A stretch of DNA of 64,000 nt from the human T2T-CHM13v2.0 reference genome, Homo sapiens, in assembly GCF_009914755.1 (NCBI RefSeq), contig NC_060925.1. The stretch is one strand, 5' to 3'. Position numbers and translations under genes: made by a program. Below, piece after piece: positions 14,201-26,780 of the stretch. Every line of letters starts with the position of its first letter. Position 1 is the stretch's first letter. The notes under the pieces were generated by a model that was not told the DNA's origin, made no database searches, and saw only the letters and a list, made by a program, of their open reading frames with translations.

Positions 14201-16197
14201 CAGGAATTTTAATTCCTACAGGAGTTCTAATTCCTCTATGGAGGAATTAAAAGAATGAAAAGAGAAGCAAAAAAAGAAAAACCCTAACATTTATGATATG
14301 ATCCAATTTATGCATTTATATAAAATTGTGTGTATGTATATATATGTGCGGTTTTAAATAAATAAATAAATATATATATATGAGGTTTTAAAATAATGTA
14401 AAACAAAGAGAAGAATATTTGACTCAAGGAATTATTTGGTCCTTTCATTCATTATTTGGCTCAATCATTTGCTGGGCAGTGGAATACATCTGTCCAGCAA
14501 ATACATCCTCAGCCTACCCACGTTGATCAATATCACATTTCTTCCATGTGATCCTGGGTAAAGTGCTCAACCTCCCTGTGTCCTTATCTACCACAATGAT
14601 GGCAGTGGGACATAGGATCTCTAAGGTACTTTCCAGCTCTGGCATCATTATTTGATACCTCTGCTTTCCGTGTCACTGGGTTCAGAGAACACAAGTTTGA
14701 TCTGTATTTCCCCAGTAACCATGTAGCCAATGGAAACAAACCAAAAAGGATCTGAAAGCAGAAGCAGAATATATCCCACTACCTGATTTCTGTTGTAAGA
14801 GTTCTGATTTTTTTTTTCTTGACCAGGTAACTAGGCCAGTGCTTATTTTCATGGTGCTATGAAGTCATCATTATGGTATATAAGCAGTCCTATCTGCTGT
14901 GCCTTGCTGGTTCGCTCTGCCATGCTCACCAGATTACTGTGAGTGACTGGTGGCTACCCAGTAGATATTTTAAGGGAAGGGCTGGGTGGGGGTTTCATGG
15001 GCAGCATGGTGAGGATGCCATTGCTCAGCAAGGAGCTGAGGTCTGCATCAGGAAAGCGGACAGCTGATGAGGGTGTGTGCAAGGCAGTTAGCCTACAACC
15101 AAGCACTCCTGCAAGTCAGAGCCATGGGAAAGTGGAACCAAAGCCAGAACTTCAGGGAACGAAGGACTGTGGGGAGGCATTGGGAAGTGGTCATGTCCAT
15201 GCAAGGACCGTAGACCACAAAGGGAAAGTAAGAAAAGGCTGGAAGAATAGACCCACTCATGAACTAGCTGAAAATGAACCAGAGAACTATGGTGTGAGTG
15301 GGGTTGGAATCAAAGCCATAGGACTAATATAGGCCCAGACTGTAGACAGAAGGAATGAAAAGGAGTTTAATGGGCATTTTAGGGTATGCAAAGCTGTAGG
15401 CAGGTGGGAGGAAGCATGCTAAATATAGCACTGCGGCGGGGGCGGGGGGCCAGGGAGACGGGGGCAGATCTACCTCAAACTTCCAGAGTAAAACAAAAAT
15501 TAATTTTGTAAACATGCAAAAAAATTCAAAATATTATAAAATTAGCTTCCAAAAATTGTATAATTGTGACTTAGAAGTCATTGCTTTTATTTATCCTCAG
15601 ACATTGTGAAAAAAATTGTTCTATTAGGATAAAAAACAAAAACTGAATATTATTTATGGAGTAGCATCACAAAAATTGATGTGTTATTTTATGAAAATAT
15701 TTTGTATCTTAAAAATCCTAACAGTGTATATATATTAAGTATTTACTGTATGTCAGTCATTGTACTAAGTACTGTCTTTTCATTATCTCAGGTAATTTTC
15801 ACAATAACTATATGAATGGGCACTGACAATACCTCTGTCCCACTGATGAGAAAATTGAAGAGTAATGAGAGTGAGTAACACAGATCCTAAGTGGTGGAGC
15901 CAAGATCTGAATCCAAAATAGTCTTTCAAAATCAAATTCCAAATACTAAGCTTACAAACACCACACCATAATACCTCTTTCCACAAACAGGAAATTCATT
16001 TGAAATATGCAATCTCAAGTTTTGGAGAAAGTTTCTTGTCTGCTTAGAGTCTACTTCATGATGAGACACACATTATCACACCCAAGTAATTTGTGCCCAC
16101 ACATGTTTCAGTCATACAAAGTCCACGGCCCACCCTACCTGAAAAGGCATGGATCAAATGAAATATTGTAGCTCTTATTTTCAAGTATTTTCTAGAC

Positions 16198-16392
16198 CAG
16201 GGGTCAGCAAACTTTTTCTGTAAAAGGCAAAATAGTAAACATTGTAGGCTTTGTGAGCCATTCAGTCTCTGTTGCCACTAGTCAACTCTGCCATTCTATT
16301 GCAGAAGCAGCCCAAAATACCTAGGCAAATGGTGTGGCTGTGTTCCACACACAAACAGGTGGCAGCCAGACTTGCCAGCTCTTGCTCCAGAC
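16198..16392. mobile_element. MER58-type hAT element
   Basis: caggggtcagcaaactttttctgtaaaagg...caactctgccatt...ggtgtggctgtgttcca. Confidence 0.75.
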
Positions 16393-16647
16393 CATATGTT
16401 CTTCAGGGCTAATTTGCCACGTTCACAGATTCCTTTCCTTGAACCAATCTAAATCAAGTCCCTCTTATAATTTCTTGGTGCATCCTTTACACACGTATCT
16501 CAATTTGTAATTAAATATTTTTTTCTTTATTATTACTAGTTTGTAACTTCTAAGAAGGCAGGGATCATGTCTGTTTTCTATAGCACTGGACTGTCAGCAC
16601 TTAGCAAGGGCTCAGCATACAAAAGGTGCTGATAAGTATTTGTTGGC

Positions 16648-17006
16648 AGAAGGAAGGGACAAGAGGAAAGAAGACAGGAAGGGGGGAAGAGGAGGGAGGA
16701 AGGGAGGAAGGGAGGGAGGAAGGGAAAGAAGGAGAGAAGGAAGGAAGGAGGGAAGGAAGGAGGGAAGGAAGGAAGGAAAGGAGAATGAAGGAAGGAAAGA
16801 GAAAAGGAGAAGGAAAAGGAAGGAAGGAAGGAGGAAGGGAGGGAGGGAAGGAGTGAGGGAAGGAAAGAAGGAAGGAAGGGGAAAAGGAGAGAAGGAGAAG
16901 GGGAGGGAGGAAGGGAGGAAAGAAGAAAGGAGGGAGGGAGGAAAGAAGGAAAGAAGAAGGGAGGGAAGAAGAGAGAGAAGGAGGGAGGGAAGTAGGGAGG
17001 TAGGGA
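16648..17006. repeat. About 350-bp (GGAA/GGGA/GAAA)n polypurine low-complexity tract at an L2 tail
   Basis: Almost exclusively G/A on the + strand; follows an L2 3' end (about 16540-16647). Confidence 0.95.
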
Positions 17007-17477
17007 GTTATCAGTTCTTCATAATTAATCTTGCTCTGTGTTCTGAAGTGGAATTAGTGTGCTCCAGAAAGCCATCTTCCCCTGCACAGTGACTAGTACT
17101 GTCAGCTAGGGACTAAGGCATGCCCCAATGTCCTTTTATGTGAAAGAAAAACAAATTTTCTATCCTTTTCTCCACAGGTTCAAGGGCACTCACTATTATT
17201 CCACAGTTCAAAGAAAGGAAAGAACAATAAGATTGACCTGGCCTTTTCCTTGCAAAAAGTCAACATTAGACCATGCCAAAGTACATATTAGAAAAATCGC
17301 CCGCAGACCTTCCCTGGCACCTGCAGACCTTCCCTTGTTTATCTCCGAATGCTCCCCCTGCCCGGTTAACAGCAGCCACTGTCCCGTGATGGAAGTGGCT
17401 AGCTAACACTGGGTCTCTTGATCCTCCTCAGGTCAGCTTCCTAGTCGATGCTCCATTTCTCAACAGGTTTTTCATAC

Positions 17478-17647
17478 TTTTTTTTTTTTAAGGTGAGATC
17501 TCACTATGTTGCCCAGGCTGGAGTGCTGTGGCTATTCACAGGCGCAATCATTGTGCAGTACAGCCTTGAATTCCTGGGCTCAAGCGATCCTCCTGCCTCA
17601 GCTTCGAGAGCAGCTGGGACTACAGTGGTATGCCACCATGCTCAGCC
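17478..17647 (-). mobile_element. FAM (fossil Alu monomer)
   Basis: Single monomer retaining the 7SL-derived segment gtggctattcacaggcgc that dimeric Alus lack. Confidence 0.85.
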
Positions 17648-17989
17648 CTCTTACCAGGTTTTTGTTTTGTTTTGTTAAAATAATTATCTCCATATTTATT
17701 TGAAATAGAAAATGAACACATTTTTTAGCAATACCAAGCATCTGAAGTCCCAGGTGCAAATGAAGAACTTGAAAGATCCTAAAATTTTGAGCTTCCATGG
17801 CAGAAGGCATATCTTCAGTTGCCTGATTTTATTTCTTGGTATTTCCCCTTTTTGTTTTTAAAGAATTCCATATGCCCATCTCAAACACAGAAAAGAAACA
17901 AATCTCCCTTTTGTGGTCATATGAGAAACAGCAGCATTAATTGGAAAATATCAGAATATTGATAATTGTATAGCCAAGCTATCCCACAG

Positions 17990-18200
17990 TTTTTCTTTTC
18001 TTTTTTTTTTTAATAACTTTTATTTTAAGTTCAGGGGTAAAAGTGCAGGTTGTTACACAGGTAAACTTGTGTCATAGGTGTTTGTTGTACAGATTATTTC
18101 ATCACCCAGGTATTAAGCCCAGTATCTGGTATTTATGTTTTCTGATCCTCTCCTTTTTCCCACCCTCCAGCCTCCGGAGGCACCCCTGTGTGTTGTTTCT
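17990..18200 (-). mobile_element. Older L1PA 3' end fragment
   Basis: poly(T)+aacttttattttaagttcagggg...ttgtacagattatttcatcacccaggtattaagcc. Confidence 0.85.
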
Positions 18201-19844
18201 CACCAGGTTTTATTAGTTTAACATTACGTCCTCCTTAAAAGAGTTCTGAGAACCTCACGTGTAGCAGTTCATTCTCTCCCTCCTCATCACCACACGATGC
18301 GGTAGGCATTACTAGTTGACCTGTCCAATGTTCTCTGCCCTATGAAGCTTTGAACACTAAGGTTATTCTCTTTCCCACACTCTCAGTTGGTCTTATCTTC
18401 CTCTGGAACTACTGATACCTTATTCTTAGGACAACAAGAAGAAAGATAAGTTTATTTTTGTTTTTATTCTGGCAGACACAGAACTGACTTGAGGCTTCAC
18501 CTCTGATATTCTGGAAATGTTGTTTCTTCTAATACAATAAAAATGCAACGGTGTCTTCAGAAGATGCATGTAATAGATGCCACCTGGGGACTTTAACTGA
18601 GTTCAAATTAGTTTTTTTTGTTTGTTTGTTTATGTATTTTTGGTTTACAGATTCAATTTCTATTTTCAATTAAATAAAATTCCCAGAAGCAAGCAACTGC
18701 AATTGCAATTTCAGAATCTAGATTGCCTACATTTACAAGAGACACTTTTACCTTCTGGAGCAAAACAAAATATGTCTGATCCTTCCTCTACGTGACAAAA
18801 GATATTTGAAGATTTTTTTCCTCCCTTCAACCACTGTCAGGTTAAACATAACCCAGTTTTCTCAGTCATATGACCTGGTTGCCAGACCTCTTACTATTCA
18901 AGCACTGGACATACTCTAGTATGACCAGCAATAAGCAGTAAGAGCAGAGATCTAGGTATTCATTGGTTTAATAGCTTAATTAGCTATTGTGACCTTAAAT
19001 AGCTTTGTGACTTTAAATATACTTCTTAATTTCCATGAACCTCAGTGTCATCTGAAAAATGGAGATAAAATTTGTTCCTCCTTAGTATTGTCATAGGGAT
19101 CGAAAGAGCATACATTAAACACTCAGTGTATTACCTGGCATTCAATAATTGGTTGCTAGTATTGTTACTTTCTAAAATCCCTCTTCAAATGTAGCAGGAG
19201 AAACTGAATATATAATCCTTTAGTTGTCAGGCTCTTTAATACACAACAATTACGAGCTTGAGCTTTGGAGTTAAACATTCAGGATTGAATTCTGAGTCCA
19301 CCACTTGATAACTGCCTACCTCTAGGCAATCTCCTTTAGCTATCTAAATCTTGGTTTCCTACGGACAATAATGCTGTTTAACTAAAAGGATTGTTGTCAG
19401 CCTTCACACAGTGCTTGGCACACGGTAAGTGCTCAATAAATATTAGCAATGTGAGCTATCATTAGTATTTTATCATTATAATTGGCAATCATACTTCTGA
19501 CAAACTATAACGTACAAACCATTTCATTTTTATTTTCTTCCTCTAGGAGCTATATAACAGCCAATAAACACTTTATAGGTACATTATTCTAGTCTGTGAA
19601 CAAGTGTGAATTACACATTTGAATAGGGTGAATTTAGAGGAAGCTGTTATCTTCCCTGACATTATTCCAGTAACGGAAGCCACTTCATTGTGAGAGGAAG
19701 AGTCTGCAGAGGTGAAGAAATGTTGTTTGGGTTCTTTTGTTAAGTCACTTCTTCAAAAGTGATGGTAAGTGTTACAGTCACCAAGGTGACTGTAAAAAAA
19801 AATACGTAAAATGAAAATAGATGCATTAAAAAATAATATTTTAT

Positions 19845-20780
19845 TCACAAACTAGACATCTAACAAAGGTCTAATATTCAGAACCTTTAAGGAACTTAAT
19901 TGAACAAGCAAAAAACAAATAATCGCATTAAAAATGGGCAAAAGACATGAATAGACAATTCTCAGAAGAAGACATACAAACGGCCAACAAACATATTTTA
20001 AGAATGCATATGTACCCTAAAACTTAAAGTATAATAATAATAAAAGAAAAAAAAAACATTGGCAGCATTTATAAGAACTAACTAGTTATAAGTAGTTCAC
20101 TAAGAATGACCTCATCACAGGTTTTAGCTGAAACAATATAAAACTAAAGAGGTCAAAAAAAAAAAAAAAAAGAATGCTCAGTATCACTAATCATCAGAGA
20201 AATGCAAATCAAAATCACAATGTGATACCATCTCACACCAGTCAGAATGGCTATTACTAAAAAGTCAAAAAATAACAGATGCTGGTGAGGTGCAGAGAAA
20301 AGGGAATGCTTATACATGGTAGATAGGAATGTAAGTTAGTTCAGCCACTGTGGAAAGCAGTCTGGAATCAGCCTTGGTGCCCATCAACAGTGGGCTGGGC
20401 AAAGAAAATGTGGTATATATACACAATGGGATACTACACAGCTATTAAAAAAAGAACAAAATCATGTCCTTTGTAGCAACATGGAGGAAGCTGAAGGCCA
20501 TTATAAGCAAATTAACACAGGAGCAGAAAACCAAATACCTCATGTTCTCACTTATAAGTGGGAGCCACACATTGAGTACCAATGGACATATAGATGGCAA
20601 CAATACACGGGACTATAGAGGTGGGGGAAGGGTACAGAGTTGAAAAACCTAACTATTGTATACTATGCTCAGTACTTGGGTAACGAGACCATTCATACCC
20701 CAAACCTCAGCATCACACAGTATACCAATGTAACAAATCTGCACACGTACCCCCAAATCTAAAACAAGCTGAAAAAAAAT
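19845..20780 (+). mobile_element. L1PB-type 3' fragment (internally deleted), host of a nested young L1 insertion
   Basis: ORF2-end motifs (gaaatgcaaatcaaaa, ccatctcacaccagtcagaatggc) and the 3' UTR ccccaaacctcagcatcacacagtatacc. Confidence 0.9.
20008..20171 (+). mobile_element. Extremely 5'-truncated young L1PA with a 98-bp 3' transduction
   Basis: atgtaccctaaaacttaaagtataataataataaaa + A-rich tail + unique 20057-20154 + A17, flanked by TSD aagaatgc (20000-20007, 20170-20177). Confidence 0.85.
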
Positions 20781-22306
20781 AATTTTTAAACAAAAAGAAA
20801 GGATGCTTAATGGGTCACAGCCAACAAAACAGTGACTTAAATAATGGCATCATGCAACACATTTCACTTTGTCTGGTCAGTCTCAGTCAGAAATCTAACT
20901 GCTAAGATTGATTTTCATTAATCATCCAAATAATAAGCCAAAAATACTGTTTTATGTAAAGGAAGGCTTAAACACAAATGATAGTAGGCGATGAGGAGCA
21001 TGAGAAAAAAAGTTGTAAAGCTGATGGAAAATGAAAAATAAACAAGTAACTGCACAGATAGTCAAAAAAGAAAGCAAAATCTTCCAAAGAAATTGCCTTT
21101 GCTGTTAACAAGTAAAATAGACCTTTCTCCTAAACAATCCGGAATGCTTTATTAACTATTCTTATCATTTCCAGATGCTTTTTCAAATGATGACCTACTT
21201 CCCATGCTCCTTTATTCAGTTAAAAAAAAATGAGTATGTGCTTACTACACCCCTACACTCAGTACTAATGGCTGAGATGTAATAGTAGATGGGCATAGAC
21301 TTGGCTTCTAGGAACTCCTAGTTTTAGGAGTCAGATAAATAAATAGTCAATGATGACATGATGTGATTAGAACTGTGATGGAAGTAAGGACAGGTACGAG
21401 AGAAGGAAGGACAGATGAATGGACAGATAGAAGAAAATTGTGGGGCTTTCACCTACCTGAAAGATTAAGAAAGGTGTTCTGGTGGAAATGACATTTAACC
21501 TAAGGCCTTCAGAAAATCAAATTTAGGAGTCCAAAAGTGAGCTATTGGCTTAGGATTTAGTTCTAAGGGCTGAAAGATGCAGAGGGAATTGAAAATAGTG
21601 TTATAATTCTAGGATGTGTTCTTTGGAGGAAAGTTAAGAAGACACGAAATGTAATTTTAAGATGATAATGTGTAACAATCCACTTAACCCAACTGTCAGC
21701 TCCCTATAATAATATTTCAATTTCAAATCTGTTCCCTTCTCTTAAGTTATGAAATTCACATTTCCAGAGACATCTAAATTAGATCATAAGTTTCTTAGAT
21801 TCCTGACCTGGTAAAAAATATACATGGTATGAAGAGAACAGTACTGTGTTCATTTAAAGCCACCAAATATGGAACTAGAAATCAGAAGAAAACCAGAGAT
21901 GGCAAAATTTAGACCAATGGCAACTCACTCATCTATGCTGGTAATTTCACTACCCTTCATCCTGACCAAACCCAATCATAAATGTCAATCAGCCTATCTC
22001 AAAATTAGTGATATTTAGAACTTCACCTAGCAATTCTAGAAAGCTTTTGGCTTGCAAGGTATCTATGAAAGAAAGAGTGGAAGTTTTGCACCCCTTTCAT
22101 CTAATCAAAATTCAAAATTTCTTCCCCCTTCTATTGTTATTCATTTATGAGCACAGATGTGCAAAAACCAATTCATTTTAAAGTCAAATACTAAATATGA
22201 TGACTTACATCTGTACAAAAATCTGAAGTGCAGTACCGATACTAATGCGGTGACATCAGCAAGGCCAAACAGGAAGCTGAGGTATAGCCCCCATCACACA
22301 CAGACA

Positions 22307-22317
22307 CTCTCTCTCGG

Positions 22318-22349
<32 letters not shown>

Positions 22350-22379
22350 CCCTACACACAAACACACACACACACACAC
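22307..22379. repeat. (CT)n(CA)n compound microsatellite
   Basis: Read directly from the sequence. Confidence 0.9.
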
Positions 22380-23977
22380 CCCAAAAGTGTCTCAGCTATA
22401 ATATTGCATTCACTTAACGAATAGCCTTATTGCAAAACTTTGTGGTTTGTGACTAGGGTCTATTGTGCCAGGAAAAATATCTCCCTCTGTGCATGTTAAG
22501 CTTCTTCTGACAAGAAGCACTAGAAAGATACAAACCACCTATGTTCTTAGCAAGAATGACTCATTATTATTGGCACAAGGAGAATACAACTTTGTGGTAA
22601 GGCTTTTTGTTCTCAACTTGAAAATACCTAATCTGATATCCTAAAGCCTGGAGAAGAAAAAAAGAAGGATATCTTCAACTATTATCCTCCTCACTAGGGA
22701 TTTAAGAAGGAAAGGACAATGGCTAAGGTGTGTGATAAGGTTACATCCTGCTTGACCCACCGTGTTTCCTGGAACAGAACCACTTGGGCTTGGGCCCGAG
22801 TTCACTTAAAGTGAGATGGAATGAGGCAAAATGATGTTCCTGATCTATTTTCTATTTCTTTTATTCCACTTATCCTGGAAAGTCAGGAGGAAATCATCCT
22901 CAAACTCTCCTCTGTTAACTGAGTGGGATAGCCTTACAAATTGAGTTTGGTTTATAAGCAATGACTGTGTTTTCGGTTTGTTTTGCCCCCAGCATCTAAG
23001 ACAATGTTCTGGACACAGTAGACCCTTACCTTAATAGAGGCTCTTTTGTTCCAGCTTTTGTCTACCCCGTCACTTAAAGTGTCCCGTGTCACACAACGGG
23101 ACAGTGTGGCAGTCTAATAGTTTCTAGGGAAAGGTGGGGAAGGAAAAAACAACAAATGAAGAGAAGTCTCAGTTCCTTTCTTAGCTGGTGATTGCATGAG
23201 CCATGCCCTGATCTCCCACCAGAAAGGAACTTGGCAGGGAGGGGCTTTGTCTGGTAAGATGTGAAAATGGGTGCTTTGCTTTCATTGCTCCTTCCTAACT
23301 TCCAACTTCCTTCTTTTTTACCTCCTTTTCTAAGCCTCTTAAAATAGAAATGTCCCACTAACACCCAGACGTTGTTGACTTGCAATATGATTTGTGGTCT
23401 CCAAAAGAAAATGCTAAAAAATTGTTTTAAAAAATTCAGGTCAGATCAGGACTTCCCCAACCCCCTCAGCAACAGCCAGTATGGGAATCCAGTTAACAAA
23501 AGAAAATGCTGAAAGGAAAAAAAAATAAAGGCTAAGTACTTAAAACACAAAGAACTGGTAATAGATAAGTACCATGAATTTTTCAACCCCACCCCTGCAA
23601 CATATCCCACAAAATTATTCTCAGCTGTACATTTGCATAAACCAAGAAAATTCTAGCTTTGGAGAACATTTATAGAGTACACAGTTTACCACAGGAACAC
23701 CCTTTTGGGTTAAGGCACAACTTCATGTTTAAAAGCAGAGAAAAGACTTAACTTCTGCATCTCAATTGTCACCTGAGTTTCAATTGATGTAGCAGCTCAT
23801 GTCCCTCTCAAGTAGATATCAAGAAATTATCCATGTCAAGTTCAGTAGGAAGTGAGTATCCTCAAATCATCTGTTCCTGAATAAGGAATGAGATTAGATT
23901 TTTTTTAAAAATATCAGCTAGTCAAACACAGGGCACACAGTATGCGTTTAATAAGTACCTGCTGACTGAGAAGACAC

Positions 23978-24150
23978 ATGGTACAGTAGTTTAGAACACG
24001 GGCTTGAAGTCGGCCTGCTTGGCTTTAAAATCTTGTCCTGATCACCAGCTGTCTTACCAGCTGCCCCAGAACCCTCGTCTATAAAATGGGCATGATGACA
24101 ATAATAGTGCCTACCTCACAGGACTGCTGTGAGGATTAAATGAGTTAATA
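23978..24150 (+). mobile_element. MIR, followed by a MER5A fragment (about 24151-24260)
   Basis: gtctataaaatgggc...aatagtgcctacctcacaggactgctgtgaggattaaatgagttaata matches the MIR core. Confidence 0.75.
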
Positions 24151-24713
24151 CAGTGGCTTTCCAAGTAGGGTCCCCAGGCCAGTAGTATCAGCATCAGCAT
24201 TACCTGAGAACATGTCAGAAATGCAAATTCTTAGGACCCACCCCAGGCCAGGGAATTCCAGTGCATATTCAAGCAAGGGAAACAGACTAAATAATTTTAG
24301 GCATATTGCTTTCCTCTGGGATTTTATGGTCATGTCTAAGGGAAAGGTGGTACATTGCCTCTCACTCGGACAGAAGAAGGGGATAAAAGTAGAAGAGAAG
24401 AGAGGTATTTTATCTTACTAGTGGAGATCATCCATGTACACCTACACACGGTACAGCTTACCAGAGTGAGCTCTTACGTAAAATTAGATCGTCCAGTATA
24501 AAAAGCGAAAGGGTCACACTGGAAATGCAAAACTCAGTAAAGAAAATGTATCTCAGTTGTGCTTGCTATTAGATTCAGGATTATTTTCAAAAAGGAAATC
24601 CCATGAAGAGTCTAGTTGTGGTCCTCTCACTAAAATATTATAAAGAGTTTAATTTTATCTTACAATTGCTAAGCACATTGTGACCATTCACTACTTTTAT
24701 TTGCATTCACTAC

Positions 24714-25007
24714 TTTTTTTTTTTTTGAGACAGAGTTTCACTCTGTTTCCCAAGCCGGAGTGCAGTGGCTCCATCTCGGCTCACTGCAACTCCACCTCCC
24801 ATGTTCAAGCGATTCTCCTGCCTCAGCCTCCTGAGTAGCTGGGATTACAGTTGTGCGCCACCATGCCCGGCTAATTTTTGTATTTTTAGTAGAGATGGGT
24901 TTTCACCATGTTGGCCAGGCTAGTCTCAAACTCCTGACCTCAAATGACCCACCCACCTTGGCCTCCCAACGTGCTAGGATTACGGGCGTGAGCCACTGCG
25001 CTCGGCC
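24714..25007 (-). mobile_element. AluS
   Basis: Full dimer; TSD cattcac(t/c)actttt. Confidence 0.95.
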
Positions 25008-26041
25008 CACCATTCACCACTTTTTTATTGTGCTGTTGAATATCACTTCAAACATTAAATTCATATTATAAAAATCATGAATCTTTACCAGTAATACAAT
25101 TTGAGAAAAATAAAAATTAAGTTGCTGAAGCAAAATACCTTATGTTTAAAAGGAAGACCCTAGGCAACAACGATTCTCTAACTCTGAAGGGATGCTGTTT
25201 AAAATGTACGTTTCTGGGCTCCTTTCCTCAGAGATTCTAATTCGTAGGTCTGGAATAATGCCAGGGACTCTGAAATTTTAAAAGTCTCTTCCCCCCAACT
25301 CTGATTCCACACCAAGTCATTCAGAAGCAGTGGTTGATAGATTACAATATGCTAAAAGTTTTTATCTTTAAATAACCTTAAATGAGTAATATCTTCTGAT
25401 TAAGCAAAGTCTTCAGAGCTAAGAGCTAATCCTTTATACATGGGAAAGGTTTAAACTCTCTTTGATAGAAAGCTTCCTAAAATGTATTCCACATTTCTCT
25501 ATCATCTAACACATAACACGTAGGATATAATTTACTCTTGATGACTGAGGTTTGTTTATTATTGTTATGATTGATATGTGCTATAGTTGCCGGGAGCATT
25601 CAACAGAGTTGACTGAAACATGGATCCCTAAAATGGCTCTACAACTCGAAAAAGTTCTGAACGTCAGGTTTAGCTTTTGAGTCATTTCCCCCGCTGTCAA
25701 GGTGGCAAATATATAGCCCAAGAAGGTGGCTTTTGAGTCATTTCCCGCAAGGTCAAGGTGGTAAATGTGCAGCCTCAGAACCTCAAGGATAATGCGACAG
25801 AGCTGCAAAATGAATGGTTGCTCCAAAGATGGAAGCAGCCTTTGTAAAACTGCCTTAGTGACAGTTAACTTTTCAACATCATACAATTTTTGTTAACACC
25901 ATGCAAAAACCTATGGTGTTCAGCAGCATAGCATACTCTATACCGTAACCAACCCTCTTACTGAAGAAAAGACATAGTGGATAAATTGCACTTCCAAAAG
26001 TTCTTTTGAATACCTCAATGAACTGGCAACAACGTAAGACC

Positions 26042-26780
<739 letters not shown>

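Noticed and set aside
14943-15332. 129-aa plus-strand ORF
   Set aside because: GTG start, no recognisable domain, antisense in an intron, and a length compatible with chance in GC-richer DNA.
16626-17092. 150-aa R/E/G/K-rich ORF
   Set aside because: It is open only because a purine-only tract cannot contain stop codons.
17478-17647. Possible 7SL RNA gene or pseudogene
   Set aside because: It lacks the central S domain; size and structure fit a FAM monomer.
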